From an uncultured Methylomirabilota bacterium (GTDB lineage Bacteria; Methylomirabilota; Methylomirabilia; Methylomirabilales; 2-02-FULL-66-22), in assembly GCA_963705305.1 (NCBI GenBank), contig OY970067.1, positions 3,488,001-3,552,000 of the forward strand: a DNA stretch of 64,000 nucleotides, written 5' to 3'. Below are positions 10,582 through 21,993 of this stretch, one piece after another. Position numbers and translations under genes: made by a program. The notes under the pieces are model-generated. The model saw only the letters and a list, made by a program, of their open reading frames with translations, had not been told where the DNA came from and did not search any database. Within the stretch, counting starts at the first letter, position 1. Every line of letters begins with the position of its first letter.

Positions 10582-10611
10582 CTTGACATATATAGGCTCA
10601 AGTTTTATATT
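10582..10611 (+). promoter_or_regulatory. Sigma70 promoter of clpB overlapped by a HAIR-like inverted repeat
   Basis: TTGACA(10583)-17 bp-TATATT(10606) in an AT-rich tract; CTTGACA-N7-GCTCAAG at 10582-10602. Confidence 0.7.
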
Positions 10612-10660
10612 ACTTATCGTATAAATGTAGAAGATCGATTCAAATCGAGAGGAGCATACA

Positions 10661-13270
10661 GTGCGTTTCGACCAGTTTACCTTCAAAGTGCAAGAGGCAA
10701 TCCAGGCGGCGCAGAAGGCCGCCGAGGAGATGCAGCACCAGGCCGTGGATGTGGAGCATCTGCTTCTGGCCTTGACGGAACAGGAAGAAGGCATCCTCCT
10801 GCCCGTGCTCCAGAAGGTCGGGGCCGGCCCCAAGCAAATCGCCAGCTCCCTGCGCCAGGAGCTGGGGAAGCTGCCCAAGGTGTACGGGCCGAGCCAAGTC
10901 TACATGACCCCGCGCCTCAACGAGGTGTTCCGGCGCGCGCAGGAGGAGGCGGCCCGTCTCAAGGACGAGTACGTCGGGGGCGAGCATCTGCTCTTGGGAA
11001 TCCTCGGCGACGCCTCGGGCGTGGCCGGGCAGGTCCTCAAGTCGGCCGGCGTCCGCAAGGATGGCGTCTACGCGGCCCTGCAGTCGGTGCGGGGAGGCCA
11101 GCGGATCACCGATCCCAATCCGGAAGAGAAGTACCAGGCGCTCCAGCGGTACAGCCGGGACCTGACCGACCTGGCCCAGAAGGGCAAACTGGATCCGGTC
11201 ATCGGCCGCGACGAGGAGATCCGGCGGGTGATCCAGGTGTTGTCGCGCCGGACCAAGAACAATCCCGTCCTCATCGGCGAGCCCGGCGTCGGGAAGACCG
11301 CCATCGTGGAGGGGCTGGCGGACCGGATCATCCGGGGCGACGTGCCGGAGTCCCTCAAGGAAAAGCGGGTGGTGGCCCTGGACCTGGGTGCGCTGGTGGC
11401 GGGCACCAAGTATCGCGGGGAGTTCGAGGATCGGCTGAAGGCGCTGCTCAAAGAGGTGACGCAGGCCGAGGGGCGGATCATCCTGTTCATCGACGAGTTG
11501 CACACGCTGGTCGGCGCCGGGGCGGCCGAGGGGGCCGTGGACGCCAGCAACATGCTCAAGCCGTCGCTGGCGCGGGGCGAGCTGCGCTGCGTGGGGGCGA
11601 CGACCCTGGACGAATACCGGAAGCGAATCGAGAAGGACGCCGCCCTAGAGCGGCGGTTCCAGCCCATCGTGGTCCGGCAGCCCAGCGTGGAGGACACCAT
11701 CTCGATTCTCCGCGGCCTGCGGGAGCGGTACGAGGTCCATCACGGAGTGCGGATCAAGGACGCCGCCCTGGTGGCGGCGGCGACCCTCTCCCACCGCTAC
11801 ATCACCGACCGCTTTCTGCCCGACAAGGCGATCGACCTAGTGGACGAGGCCGCCAGCATGCTGCGCATGGAGATGGACAGCCTGCCCACCGAGCTAGACG
11901 AGGTGGAGCGCAAGCTCCGTCAGTTCGGCATCGAGCGGGAGGCCATGAAGCGGGAGACCGATCCGGACACGCTGGAGCGCCTGACGCGCCTGGAGGCCGA
12001 GGTGGCCGAGCTGGAGCAGCGCCGGGACGAGCTGCGGAGCCGCTGGGACCGGGAGAAGACCAGCATCCAGCGCATCCGGGCCTTGAAGGAGCAGATCGAG
12101 GCCGCCCGCCTGGAGGCGGAGAAGGCCGAGCGGGAGGGCGACCTGGGCCGGGTCGCCGAGATCCGGTACGGCACGCTGACGGGCCTCACCAAAGAGCTCA
12201 AGGCCGAGCAGGAGGCCCTGTCGTCCCGGCAGGTGCAGGAGCGGATGCTGAAGGAAGAGGTGGACGAGGAGGACATCGCCAAGGTGGTCTCCCGCTGGAC
12301 GGGGATCCCGGTGGCCAAGATGCTGACCACCGAGGCCCAGAAGCTCCTGAGCATGGAAGATCGCCTGAGCGAGCGGGTGGTGGGGCAGGCGGAGGCCATC
12401 CTGGCCGTGTCGAGCGCCATCCGGCGCGCGCGGGCCGGGCTCCAGGACGAGAACCGGCCCCTGGGCTCGTTCCTGTTCCTGGGACCGACCGGGGTGGGCA
12501 AGACGGAGCTGGCGCGGGCTCTGGCGGAGTTTTTGTTCGACGACGAGCGGGCCCTGGTTCGCTTGGACATGTCGGAGTTCATGGAGAAGCACTCGGTGGC
12601 CCGCCTGATCGGCGCCCCGCCCGGCTACGTCGGGTACGAGGAGGGGGGGTATCTGACCGAGGCAGTGCGCCGCCGGCCCTATGCCGTCCTGCTCTTCGAC
12701 GAGATGGAGAAGGCCCACGCCGATGTGTTCAACATCCTCCTGCAGGTGCTGGACGAGGGACGGCTCACCGACGGCCAGGGGCGGACGGTGGACTTCAAGA
12801 ACAGCATCATCATCATGACCTCCAACCTGGGCAGCCAGTACATCCAAGAGGACGAGGACGAGGAGACCATCCGGAGGAAGGTCGGCGACCTGCTGAAGAC
12901 GGCGTTCCGTCCGGAATTTCTGAACCGCGTGGATGAGACCGTCATCTTCCACCGGCTCTCGCTGCCGCAGATCGCGCAGATCGTGCGCATCCAGCTCCGG
13001 CACCTGCAGCGCCGGCTGGCCGGGCGCAAGCTGGAGTTGGAGGTCGGCGATCGGGCGCGCGAGTTCCTGGCGCGGGAGGGATTCGATCCGGTGTATGGCG
13101 CCCGGCCGCTCAAGCGGGCGATCCAGCGCCTCATCCAGGATCCCCTGGCGCGCCGGGTGCTGGAGGGCGAGTTCCAGGAGGGCGACCGCATCGAGGCCGA
13201 CCTCGACGGAAGCGAGATCGTGTTCCGCCGCGTCGCGGCCGGGTCCGTGGCATCCGGCGACACCCGGTAA
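10661..13270 (+). CDS. clpB: ATP-dependent chaperone ClpB
   Basis: Two AAA modules ([16 protein letters not shown]), long coiled-coil middle domain, [10 protein letters not shown]. Confidence 0.97.
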   Translation: MRFDQFTFKVQEAIQAAQKAAEEMQHQAVDVEHLLLALTEQEEGILLPVLQKVGAGPKQIASSLRQELGKLPKVYGPSQVYMTPRLNEVFRRAQEEAARLKDEYVGGEHLLLGILGDASGVAGQVLKSAGVRKDGVYAALQSVRGGQRITDPNPEEKYQALQRYSRDLTDLAQKGKLDPVIGRDEEIRRVIQVLSRRTKNNPVLIGEPGVGKTAIVEGLADRIIRGDVPESLKEKRVVALDLGALVAGTKYRGEFEDRLKALLKEVTQAEGRIILFIDELHTLVGAGAAEGAVDASNMLKPSLARGELRCVGATTLDEYRKRIEKDAALERRFQPIVVRQPSVEDTISILRGLRERYEVHHGVRIKDAALVAAATLSHRYITDRFLPDKAIDLVDEAASMLRMEMDSLPTELDEVERKLRQFGIEREAMKRETDPDTLERLTRLEAEVAELEQRRDELRSRWDREKTSIQRIRALKEQIEAARLEAEKAEREGDLGRVAEIRYGTLTGLTKELKAEQEALSSRQVQERMLKEEVDEEDIAKVVSRWTGIPVAKMLTTEAQKLLSMEDRLSERVVGQAEAILAVSSAIRRARAGLQDENRPLGSFLFLGPTGVGKTELARALAEFLFDDERALVRLDMSEFMEKHSVARLIGAPPGYVGYEEGGYLTEAVRRRPYAVLLFDEMEKAHADVFNILLQVLDEGRLTDGQGRTVDFKNSIIIMTSNLGSQYIQEDEDEETIRRKVGDLLKTAFRPEFLNRVDETVIFHRLSLPQIAQIVRIQLRHLQRRLAGRKLELEVGDRAREFLAREGFDPVYGARPLKRAIQRLIQDPLARRVLEGEFQEGDRIEADLDGSEIVFRRVAAGSVASGDTR

Positions 13271-13311
13271 CACGCCGATCGCCGCCTGCCGCACCGCTGG
13301 GTTCCGTTCCG

Positions 13312-13343
13312 CCGCCCTCTCGGCTCTCCAGCCGGGAGGGCGG
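13312..13343 (+). terminator. Stem-loop downstream of clpB
   Basis: CCGCCCTCTCGGCT-CTCC-AGCCGGGAGGGCGG 14-bp stem; no U-tract. Confidence 0.4.
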
Positions 13344-13379
13344 TCGTGTCTGGGCCGCCCCGCGAAGCCGGGTTTTCCA

Positions 13380-13408
13380 TTGACGCTCCCAGGGGGCTTC
13401 AGTAAGCT
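13380..13408 (+). promoter_or_regulatory. Putative sigma70 promoter of tilS operon
   Basis: TTGACG-17 bp-TAAGCT. Confidence 0.5.
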
Positions 13409-13449
13409 CGCCCGGAAACGCCGGAGCAGGCGGACGGAGCGGGAGGAGC

Positions 13450-14883
13450 ATGAGTGCGGTGAGCGTGGTCAACTGCGTGGCACGAGGGCTCGGCGAGGTC
13501 GGGGTCCGGCCGGGAGAGCGTCTGGTCGTGGCCGTATCGGGCGGTGTTGATTCCATGGTCCTCCTGGACTCCCTGTGGCGACTGCAGGACCGCCTGGGCC
13601 TCCGGCTGCACGTGGCGCATGTCCATCACGGCCTGCGGGGAAAGGCGGCGGATGCGGATGCGGCCTTCGTCATCGCCGAGGCCGCCCGCCGGGGCCTGGG
13701 CGCGACCGTGGAGCGGCTGGCGCCCGCGGAGCGAGGCCGGGGAACGTCGCTTGAGCTCTGGGCCCGGGAGGCGCGCTACCGCTGCCTGGAGGCCGTCCGA
13801 AAGAAGGTGCGGGGCTCGCGCCTCGTGACGGCCCACACGCAAAACGATCAGGCCGAGACGCTCCTGCTGAACCTGCTGCGCGGGACCGGCCCCCGCGGCC
13901 TCGCGGGGATCCCCAAGAGCCGGGAGCGCATCATCCGGCCGCTCTTGGCGGTGTCGCGAGCCGAGGTGGAGGCCTACGCCGCCTCCCGCCGGGTGGCCTT
14001 TTGCCAGGACGCCTCCAACGCCTCGGATGCGTATCGGCGGAACCGCATCCGGCATCACCTGCTTCCCCAGCTGGCCAAGGAGTACAATCCGCGGCTGGTC
14101 GAGTCGCTGGCCGCGTTGGCTGCGCTCGTGTCCGAGGACGAGCAGGTGCTCAGCGCCGCCGCCGCGAGACTGGAGGCGAAGGCGGTGCAGCTCTCCGCCG
14201 CCGGTGCCTCCGTAGAGGCGGCGGCGGTCCGCAGCGCGCCGCCGGCCCTGGTGCGCCGGGTGTTCCAGGAGCTTTTCCGCCGGCTCACCCGCGAGCAGCA
14301 CGCGCTCACGCGCCGCCACCTGGCCGCCCTGCAGCACCTCGTGATCTCCGACGGCACGGTTCGGCTGCCGGGCGGCCTGCGGGGATGGCGGGCCGGCGGC
14401 GTCATCCGCATCGCGGCGGGCGGGGAAGACCGCGCGGAGAGGCGATCGGATGCGGCGGAGCGTCCGCTCCGCCCGGGCGCCTGGGTGCGGTGGAAGCCTC
14501 TGGACTGCTGGATCAGACTGCGCCGGGTCCCCGCCGGAAGCGCCCCGTCGCGATGGAAGGCGCGGGGGACCCTGCTGAGTCCCCGGCTGCTGGAGTTGCC
14601 GCTCCGGCTGCGCGCGTGGCGGCCGGGCGATCGCTTTCGGCCGTCGGGTCTGGGCGGGCGGAAGAAGCTCCAGGATTTCTTTATGGACCTGAAGGTCCCG
14701 CGGCAAAAGCGCGATCGGGTTCCGCTGATCCTGGCGGGGGACCGGATTGCCTGGGTGGCCGGCTACCGAGCGGCGGAGGAGTTCTGCTGGCACGGCGAGT
14801 CCACGGCGTGTCTGGGGGAGATTCGGTATGCGGAGCGAGAAGATGCCCTACCGGCTGGGCCCGGTTCTGATCACCGAGGCTGA
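13450..14883 (+). CDS. tilS: tRNA(Ile)-lysidine synthase
   Basis: AVSGGVDS PP-loop, HVHHGLR, AREARY, TAHTQNDQAET, DASN..RNRIR, TilS_C KKLQDFF.D.KVP. Confidence 0.95.
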   Translation: MSAVSVVNCVARGLGEVGVRPGERLVVAVSGGVDSMVLLDSLWRLQDRLGLRLHVAHVHHGLRGKAADADAAFVIAEAARRGLGATVERLAPAERGRGTSLELWAREARYRCLEAVRKKVRGSRLVTAHTQNDQAETLLLNLLRGTGPRGLAGIPKSRERIIRPLLAVSRAEVEAYAASRRVAFCQDASNASDAYRRNRIRHHLLPQLAKEYNPRLVESLAALAALVSEDEQVLSAAAARLEAKAVQLSAAGASVEAAAVRSAPPALVRRVFQELFRRLTREQHALTRRHLAALQHLVISDGTVRLPGGLRGWRAGGVIRIAAGGEDRAERRSDAAERPLRPGAWVRWKPLDCWIRLRRVPAGSAPSRWKARGTLLSPRLLELPLRLRAWRPGDRFRPSGLGGRKKLQDFFMDLKVPRQKRDRVPLILAGDRIAWVAGYRAAEEFCWHGESTACLGEIRYAEREDALPAGPGSDHRG

Positions 14884-15385
14884 GATCCGCACCCGGGTGG
14901 AGGAGCTGGCGGCGGCCATCTCGCGCGACTACGCGGAGCGGAACCTGCTCTTGATCTGCGTCCTGAAAGGGGCCGCTATCTTCTGGGCCGACCTGTGCCG
15001 GGCCCTGCAGATCCCGTGTCAGAGCGATTTCGTGGCCATGGAGAGCTACGCCAGCGCCACCAGCCCGCTGGGAGAGCCGCGCTTCACCAAAGCCGCCGAT
15101 GTGGATCTGGCGGGGCGGGACGTGCTCATCGTAGAAGACATCATCGACACCGGCCACACCTGGGCGCGCCTTCGAGCGCTGCTGCAGGCCCGGGGTCCGC
15201 GGAGCGTGGCCATGTGCGCGCTTCTGGATAAAGTCGAGCGGCGCGAGGTCCCGGTCCCCATCGAGTATTCCGGCTTTGTCATTCCCAATGTCTTCGTCGT
15301 CGGCTACGGCCTGGACTACGCCCAGCAGTACCGCCATCTGCCCCACATCGCCACCCTCCAGCCGGAGCCGTCGCTCTCCCCATGA
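14843..15385 (+). CDS. hpt: Hypoxanthine phosphoribosyltransferase
   Basis: LKGA, VEDIIDTG PRPP motif, FVVGYGLD; tilS-hpt-ftsH synteny. Confidence 0.93.
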   Translation: MPYRLGPVLITEAEIRTRVEELAAAISRDYAERNLLLICVLKGAAIFWADLCRALQIPCQSDFVAMESYASATSPLGEPRFTKAADVDLAGRDVLIVEDIIDTGHTWARLRALLQARGPRSVAMCALLDKVERREVPVPIEYSGFVIPNVFVVGYGLDYAQQYRHLPHIATLQPEPSLSP

Positions 15386-15390
15386 TCCGG

Positions 15391-15500
15391 AGAGCAAAGG
15401 GCAAAGAGCAAGAAGCTGAGGGCCAAGGGCGGCGGCGATGGGACCGGGTCATTGGTCCGGGACCAGGCCCACGCTTTGCTCTATGCGCCATGCTCTGCGC
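15391..15500. repeat. Inverted pair of heptamer arrays
   Basis: AGAGCAA AGGGCAA AGAGCAA (15391) versus TTGCTCT ATGCGCC ATGCTCT (15476). Confidence 0.6.
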
Positions 15501-15632
15501 GGTGCACCTGGCGTGGGGCGGCGCTCCGAAGCCCTGGAAATCGTATGTTTCCTGTTGTCTTTCGCCCTATCTCATGGTACAAATTCCTTGAAATTTTGAA
15601 GGAAGAGTCTGCCCCGTCGAAGGAGAGTCGGT

Positions 15633-17453
<1,821 letters not shown>

Positions 17454-17790
17454 CCTTCTCTGCCGCCCGCGGGCGTTGTGGTTGCGCCGGGGGATGGAAC
17501 GTCCACACCGCCAGAATCGGAAGACCAATGGGCCAAGGGCTCCTCGCCACCCGGGGGATCCGGACGGGCGTCTCGTGCCCACACGCCCCGGCGGGCCGGG
17601 TGATTGATCGGTCCGTCGGCTCCTCTCGCCTTGGTGTCTTCCCTTCGCTCTGCCTGCTATATCCCGCGTCGAAGCGTCTCCCGTTTCCAGAGGGCCGGGG
17701 CGGACCGGCTCGGGCCGCGTGCCACCGGCCCGCGCGCGGATCGTCGCCGGAGAAGGTGGTGCCGCAGAAAGCGGGCGAGAGGGGAAGACG

Positions 17791-18609
17791 GTGGCCAATC
17801 TGATCCAGCAGTTCCGCTGGATTGACGCCCTGGACATTCTGATCGTGGCGTTTGCCATCTACCGGATCATCCTGGCGCTTCGCGGCACCCGGGCGTTCCA
17901 GATGCTGATCGGGCTGGCGTTCCTGTACCTGGCCTCCTGGGTGTCCATGCGCATCGGGCTAGTGACCGTCAACTGGGCCCTATCCAACCTGCTGGCCGTA
18001 TGGCTTCTGCTCCTGATCATCCTGTTCCAGCCGGAGCTGCGGCGGGCCCTGGCCAGTGTGGGGCGGCGGGGGAGCCTGCTGCGCGCCTTCTCCCGGTACC
18101 AAGAGGCCCACATGATCGACGAGGTGGTGCGCGCCGTCACCTCGCTGGCGGCGAAGAAGGTCGGGGCCATCATCGTCGTAGAGCGGGACTCCCGCCTGTC
18201 GGATATCGTGGATTCGGGGACGACCATCGATGCGGTCGTGTCGCGGCGACTGCTGGAGTCGATCTTCTATCCGTACTCCCCCTTGCACGACGGGGCGGTG
18301 ATCATCAGCGACGATCGGATCGTGGCGGGGGCATGCTTCCTGCCCCTCAGCATCAATCCCGACCTTCCGCGGGATCTCGGCACGCGCCATCGCGCGGCGG
18401 TGGGCGTCACGGAAGAGAGCGACGCCATTGCCATCGTGGTGTCGGAAGAGACGGGGACGATCTCGCTGGTGGTGGGGGGTGAGATCACCCGGAACCTGGA
18501 TGCGGGCGCTCTGCGGCAGCGGCTCAGCGGCATGCTGCGGCCGTCCATGAAGCCCTTCATGTGGGGGCGCGGGCGGGCCCAGGGCGCGCTGCGAAATCCG
18601 GCCGAGTAG
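17791..18609 (+). CDS. cdaA: Diadenylate cyclase CdaA/DacA
   Basis: Three TMs, FQPELRRAL, HDGA and GTRHRAA catalytic motifs, VSEETG. Confidence 0.92.
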   Translation: MANLIQQFRWIDALDILIVAFAIYRIILALRGTRAFQMLIGLAFLYLASWVSMRIGLVTVNWALSNLLAVWLLLLIILFQPELRRALASVGRRGSLLRAFSRYQEAHMIDEVVRAVTSLAAKKVGAIIVVERDSRLSDIVDSGTTIDAVVSRRLLESIFYPYSPLHDGAVIISDDRIVAGACFLPLSINPDLPRDLGTRHRAAVGVTEESDAIAIVVSEETGTISLVVGGEITRNLDAGALRQRLSGMLRPSMKPFMWGRGRAQGALRNPAE

Positions 18610-18725
18610 GTGGGTGTGACGGCTCCCGGGGCCGAGCGGCCACGCCGACGCAGTCCGTCGGTGGGCGGGGCGGGGGGCGGAGAGCGGGCCGGCGGCGGCC
18701 GGTACGGGGGCGAGCCGAAGAGATC

Positions 18726-19373
18726 ATGCGGGCCTGGCTGCTCAACAACCTCGGGCTGAAGCTCCTTTCTCTGATCCTCGCCGTTCTGCTCTGGGCGGTC
18801 GTGCTCGGCGAGCAGAAGGTGGACGTGACCGTGAGCGTTCCCGTGGTCCTCAATCTGCCGCCCAAGATGGTTCTCATGAACAATCCGGGGGATTCGTTCG
18901 AGGTCCGCTTGCGGGGCCCCCAGACGCTGGTGACGAACCTTCCCGCGCGGCAGGTGGTGTTGGATCAGGTCCCGGACACGTTCGAGGAGGGGGAGAACAT
19001 CATCTCCGTCCTGCCGAGCATGTTCCGGGCGCCCCGCGGCATCCAGGTGGTGGACGTCACTCCGCATCGCCTGCAGGTGGTCCTGGAGCCCCTGGCCGAA
19101 CGCGAGGCCGAGGTGATTCCGCGCATGGAAGGAGAGTTGGCGCCGGGGTTCGTGCTGCGCGGAGTGACCGTGAGCCCGTCGAAGGTCCGGGTCAGCGGGC
19201 CGTCCAGCGAGCTCGAGCGACTGGCGCGCGTCCGCACCGCGCCCATCAACCTGGAGGGTCATACGGACCCGTTCTCCGTCCAGGTTCTGCTGGAGCCCCC
19301 GGAGCGCCTGGTGCGGGTGAAGGGATCCGCGACCGTGACGGTGCAGGTGGACATCGGGCCGAAGAAATCGTGA
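18726..19373 (+). CDS. cdaR: YbbR-domain regulator CdaR
   Basis: [17 protein letters not shown]-terminal TM; beta-rich YbbR-like repeats; between cdaA and glmM. Confidence 0.85.
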   Translation: MRAWLLNNLGLKLLSLILAVLLWAVVLGEQKVDVTVSVPVVLNLPPKMVLMNNPGDSFEVRLRGPQTLVTNLPARQVVLDQVPDTFEEGENIISVLPSMFRAPRGIQVVDVTPHRLQVVLEPLAEREAEVIPRMEGELAPGFVLRGVTVSPSKVRVSGPSSELERLARVRTAPINLEGHTDPFSVQVLLEPPERLVRVKGSATVTVQVDIGPKKS

Positions 19374-19432
19374 GACGCGCGGCCGGGCCCGACCGGGCGG
19401 CCGGCCGCGCGCCCGCGCGCACGGAGAGAGGA

Positions 19433-20782
19433 ATGGGGCGGCTGTTCGGAACGGACGGGGTGCGGGGCGTCGCCAACCAGGAGCCCATGACCCCCGAGAC
19501 GGTGGTCAAGCTGGGACGGGCGGCGGCCCACCTGCTCAAGGCCGGCGGCGACCAGCGCAGCATCGTCATCGGGAAGGACACGCGCCTGACGGGCTACATG
19601 CTGGAGACGGCGCTCACGGCCGGAATCACCTCCGTGGGGGTGGATGCGCTGCTGGTGGGGCCGCTGCCGACGCCGGGGATCGCCTTCATCACGCGGAGCC
19701 TGCGCGCCGATGCCGGCGTGGTCATCTCCGCCTCGCACAACTACTACGAGGACAACGGGATCAAGTTCTTCTCCGGGGACGGCCTGAAGCTTCCGGACGC
19801 CCTGGAGGCCCGCATCGAAGAGCTGATCCTGTCCGGGGCCATCGACCGGATCCGTCCGGGGGCGCGGGAGATCGGCAAGGCCTATCGCATCGGGGACGCG
19901 GTCGGGCGGTACATCGAGTTCGCCAAGAACACGTTCCCCAAGGGACTGACCCTCCGGGGGCTGAAGGTGGTAGTGGACTGCGCTCACGGGGCAACCTATC
20001 GGGTCACGCCCGCGGTCCTGCGCGAGTTGGGGGCGGATGTGGTCGCCCTCAACGTCGCTCCCGACGGGCTGAACATCAACGCCGGCTGCGGCTCGCTGCA
20101 TCCCGAAGGCCTGCAGCGGGCGGTGGTGGCCGAACGGGCCCATATCGGCTTTGCGCACGACGGGGACGGCGACCGCGTGCTGGCCGTGGACGAGCGGGGT
20201 GCGCTGGTCGACGGCGACCAGATCCTGGCCATGTGCGCCCTGGATCTGCTGGCGCGGGGACGCCTGCCGCAGGAGACGCTGGTCGTCACGGTGATGAGCA
20301 ATATCGGGCTCGAAGTGGCCATGCGGGAGCGGGGCATCCGGGTCATCCGGACGCCGGTCGGCGACCGCTCCGTACTCGAGGAGATGCTGCGCGGCGGCTA
20401 TGTCCTGGGCGGGGAGCAGTCGGGCCACATTATTTTCACCGAGCACAACACCACCGGCGACGGTCTGGTCACCGCGCTGCAGGTGCTGGCGACCATGCTT
20501 CGCGTGGGCAAGCCGTTCTCCGAGTTGGCGGCGTGCATGCCGCGCTTCCCTCAGATCCTGGAGAACGTCCGGGTTCGGCGCCGGACGGATTTGGAGACGC
20601 TGCCGGGGGTACAGGCGGCCATCCGGGAGGCGAGCGCCGCCTTGGGGGAGACCGGGCGCATCCTGGTCCGGTTCTCGGGCACCGAGCCGCTGGTGCGCGT
20701 CATGGTGGAAGGGCCCGAGGAGGCTGTGATCCGCCGTCTGGCGGGACAGATCGTGGACGCCGTGCGGGTCGCCCTCGGGTAG
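19433..20782 (+). CDS. glmM: Phosphoglucosamine mutase
   Basis: [35 protein letters not shown]. Confidence 0.95.
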   Translation: MGRLFGTDGVRGVANQEPMTPETVVKLGRAAAHLLKAGGDQRSIVIGKDTRLTGYMLETALTAGITSVGVDALLVGPLPTPGIAFITRSLRADAGVVISASHNYYEDNGIKFFSGDGLKLPDALEARIEELILSGAIDRIRPGAREIGKAYRIGDAVGRYIEFAKNTFPKGLTLRGLKVVVDCAHGATYRVTPAVLRELGADVVALNVAPDGLNINAGCGSLHPEGLQRAVVAERAHIGFAHDGDGDRVLAVDERGALVDGDQILAMCALDLLARGRLPQETLVVTVMSNIGLEVAMRERGIRVIRTPVGDRSVLEEMLRGGYVLGGEQSGHIIFTEHNTTGDGLVTALQVLATMLRVGKPFSELAACMPRFPQILENVRVRRRTDLETLPGVQAAIREASAALGETGRILVRFSGTEPLVRVMVEGPEEAVIRRLAGQIVDAVRVALG

Positions 20783-20847
20783 ACGGCGATGGAGGCGCGC
20801 AGCTCCGGCGGCCTGCCGCTCCGCCGGAGAAGGAGCAGCGGGACGGT

Positions 20848-21576
20848 ATGACCACCCTCTTTGTCGGGCTGGACGCGATGGTGGCCCTTCGCCGGTCGGG
20901 CGGGGGCCGTGACCCGGATCCCGCCCTGGCGGCCGCGCTGGCCGAGCTGGCCGGCGCGGAGGGCATTTGCATCGGCTGCCGGCGCGGGCGAGACGAGTCG
21001 ACGGTCCGAGACCTGCGGGTTCTCCGGGAGGTGGTCCGGACCACCCTGAACGTCTGCCTCTCCCCGGCGGAGGAGTGCCTCAGTGTGGTGCTGGATGTGC
21101 GGCCCGACCTGGCAACTTTCGTCTCCGAGTCGCGAGAGGGGTCCGGCGCGGACCAGGGGGTGGACGTTGAGGATCGCCGGGAGGAGCTCCTGCCCATGGT
21201 CGAGTCGCTCAAGAGCAGCGGGATTGCCGTGGGGGTCCTGGTGGATCCCAGTCCGACGCAGGTCAAGGCGGCACACCGGCTGGGGGCGGGGGTGGTCGTG
21301 CTGCACACCGGACGACTGGCCTGGGCGTCTGAACCGGCGGGGCGTGAGGCGGAGTTCGAGCGACTGGTGAACGCGGCCAAGATCGGACAGCGGCTGGGCC
21401 TTGCCATCCACGCCGCCGGGGGCCTGCACTACCAGAGCGTGGTGCCCGTTGCCCAGGTGGAGGAGGTCGAGACGGTCCACGTCGGGCACGGCCTGGCGGC
21501 CCGGGCCGCCCTGGTGGGCGTGCAGGAGGCGGTGCGCGAGATGCTGCGGAAGCTGGCCGGTGGCCGGAGCCGATGA
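20848..21576 (+). CDS. pdxJ: PdxJ (PNP synthase)-fold protein with degenerate active site
   Basis: Colinear with PdxJ along its full length (PDP, AGAEG, DP..Q..AA, LHTG, VGH..ARA..G..AV.EM); pdxJ-acpS synteny; catalytic residues substituted. Confidence 0.75.
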   Translation: MTTLFVGLDAMVALRRSGGGRDPDPALAAALAELAGAEGICIGCRRGRDESTVRDLRVLREVVRTTLNVCLSPAEECLSVVLDVRPDLATFVSESREGSGADQGVDVEDRREELLPMVESLKSSGIAVGVLVDPSPTQVKAAHRLGAGVVVLHTGRLAWASEPAGREAEFERLVNAAKIGQRLGLAIHAAGGLHYQSVVPVAQVEEVETVHVGHGLAARAALVGVQEAVREMLRKLAGGRSR

Positions 21577-21947
21577 TCCTGGGGTTGGGGACGGACCTGG
21601 TTCTGGTTTCCCGCGTGGAGCGCCTCCTCGTCCGCCATCGCGAGCGGTTCCTCGAACGAGTCTTCACAGCGGAGGAGTGCGCCGATTGCCTGGGCCGGGC
21701 GCGTCCGGCCCAGCACCTGGCCGCCCGCATGGCCGCCAAGGAGGCGGCCATGAAAGCCCTGGGCAGCGGCTGGGGGATGGGCGTGTCGTGGCAGGACATC
21801 GAGGTGCGGGCAGGGGGCGGGCCGCCGACGCTCTGCCTGCAGGGGGCGGCTCGCCGGCATGCGGAGCGCCTGGGGATCCGCCGGACGCTGGTCAGCCTGT
21901 CCCACGAGGGCGACTACGCCCTGGCGGTGGTGGTCGCCTCGGATTGA
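21573..21947 (+). CDS. acpS: Holo-ACP synthase
   Basis: GLGTDLV, AAKEAAMKALG, VSLSH. Confidence 0.93.
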   Translation: MILGLGTDLVLVSRVERLLVRHRERFLERVFTAEECADCLGRARPAQHLAARMAAKEAAMKALGSGWGMGVSWQDIEVRAGGGPPTLCLQGAARRHAERLGIRRTLVSLSHEGDYALAVVVASD

Positions 21948-21993
21948 GGCAGGACGGCGGGAGCGGGTCTGGCGGCCTGGAGGACGGGGCGGG

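Noticed and set aside
10569..10595. TAGCACT resembling a CIRCE half-site before clpB
   Set aside because: No GAGTGCTAA partner at 9-nt spacing; the HAIR-like match fits better
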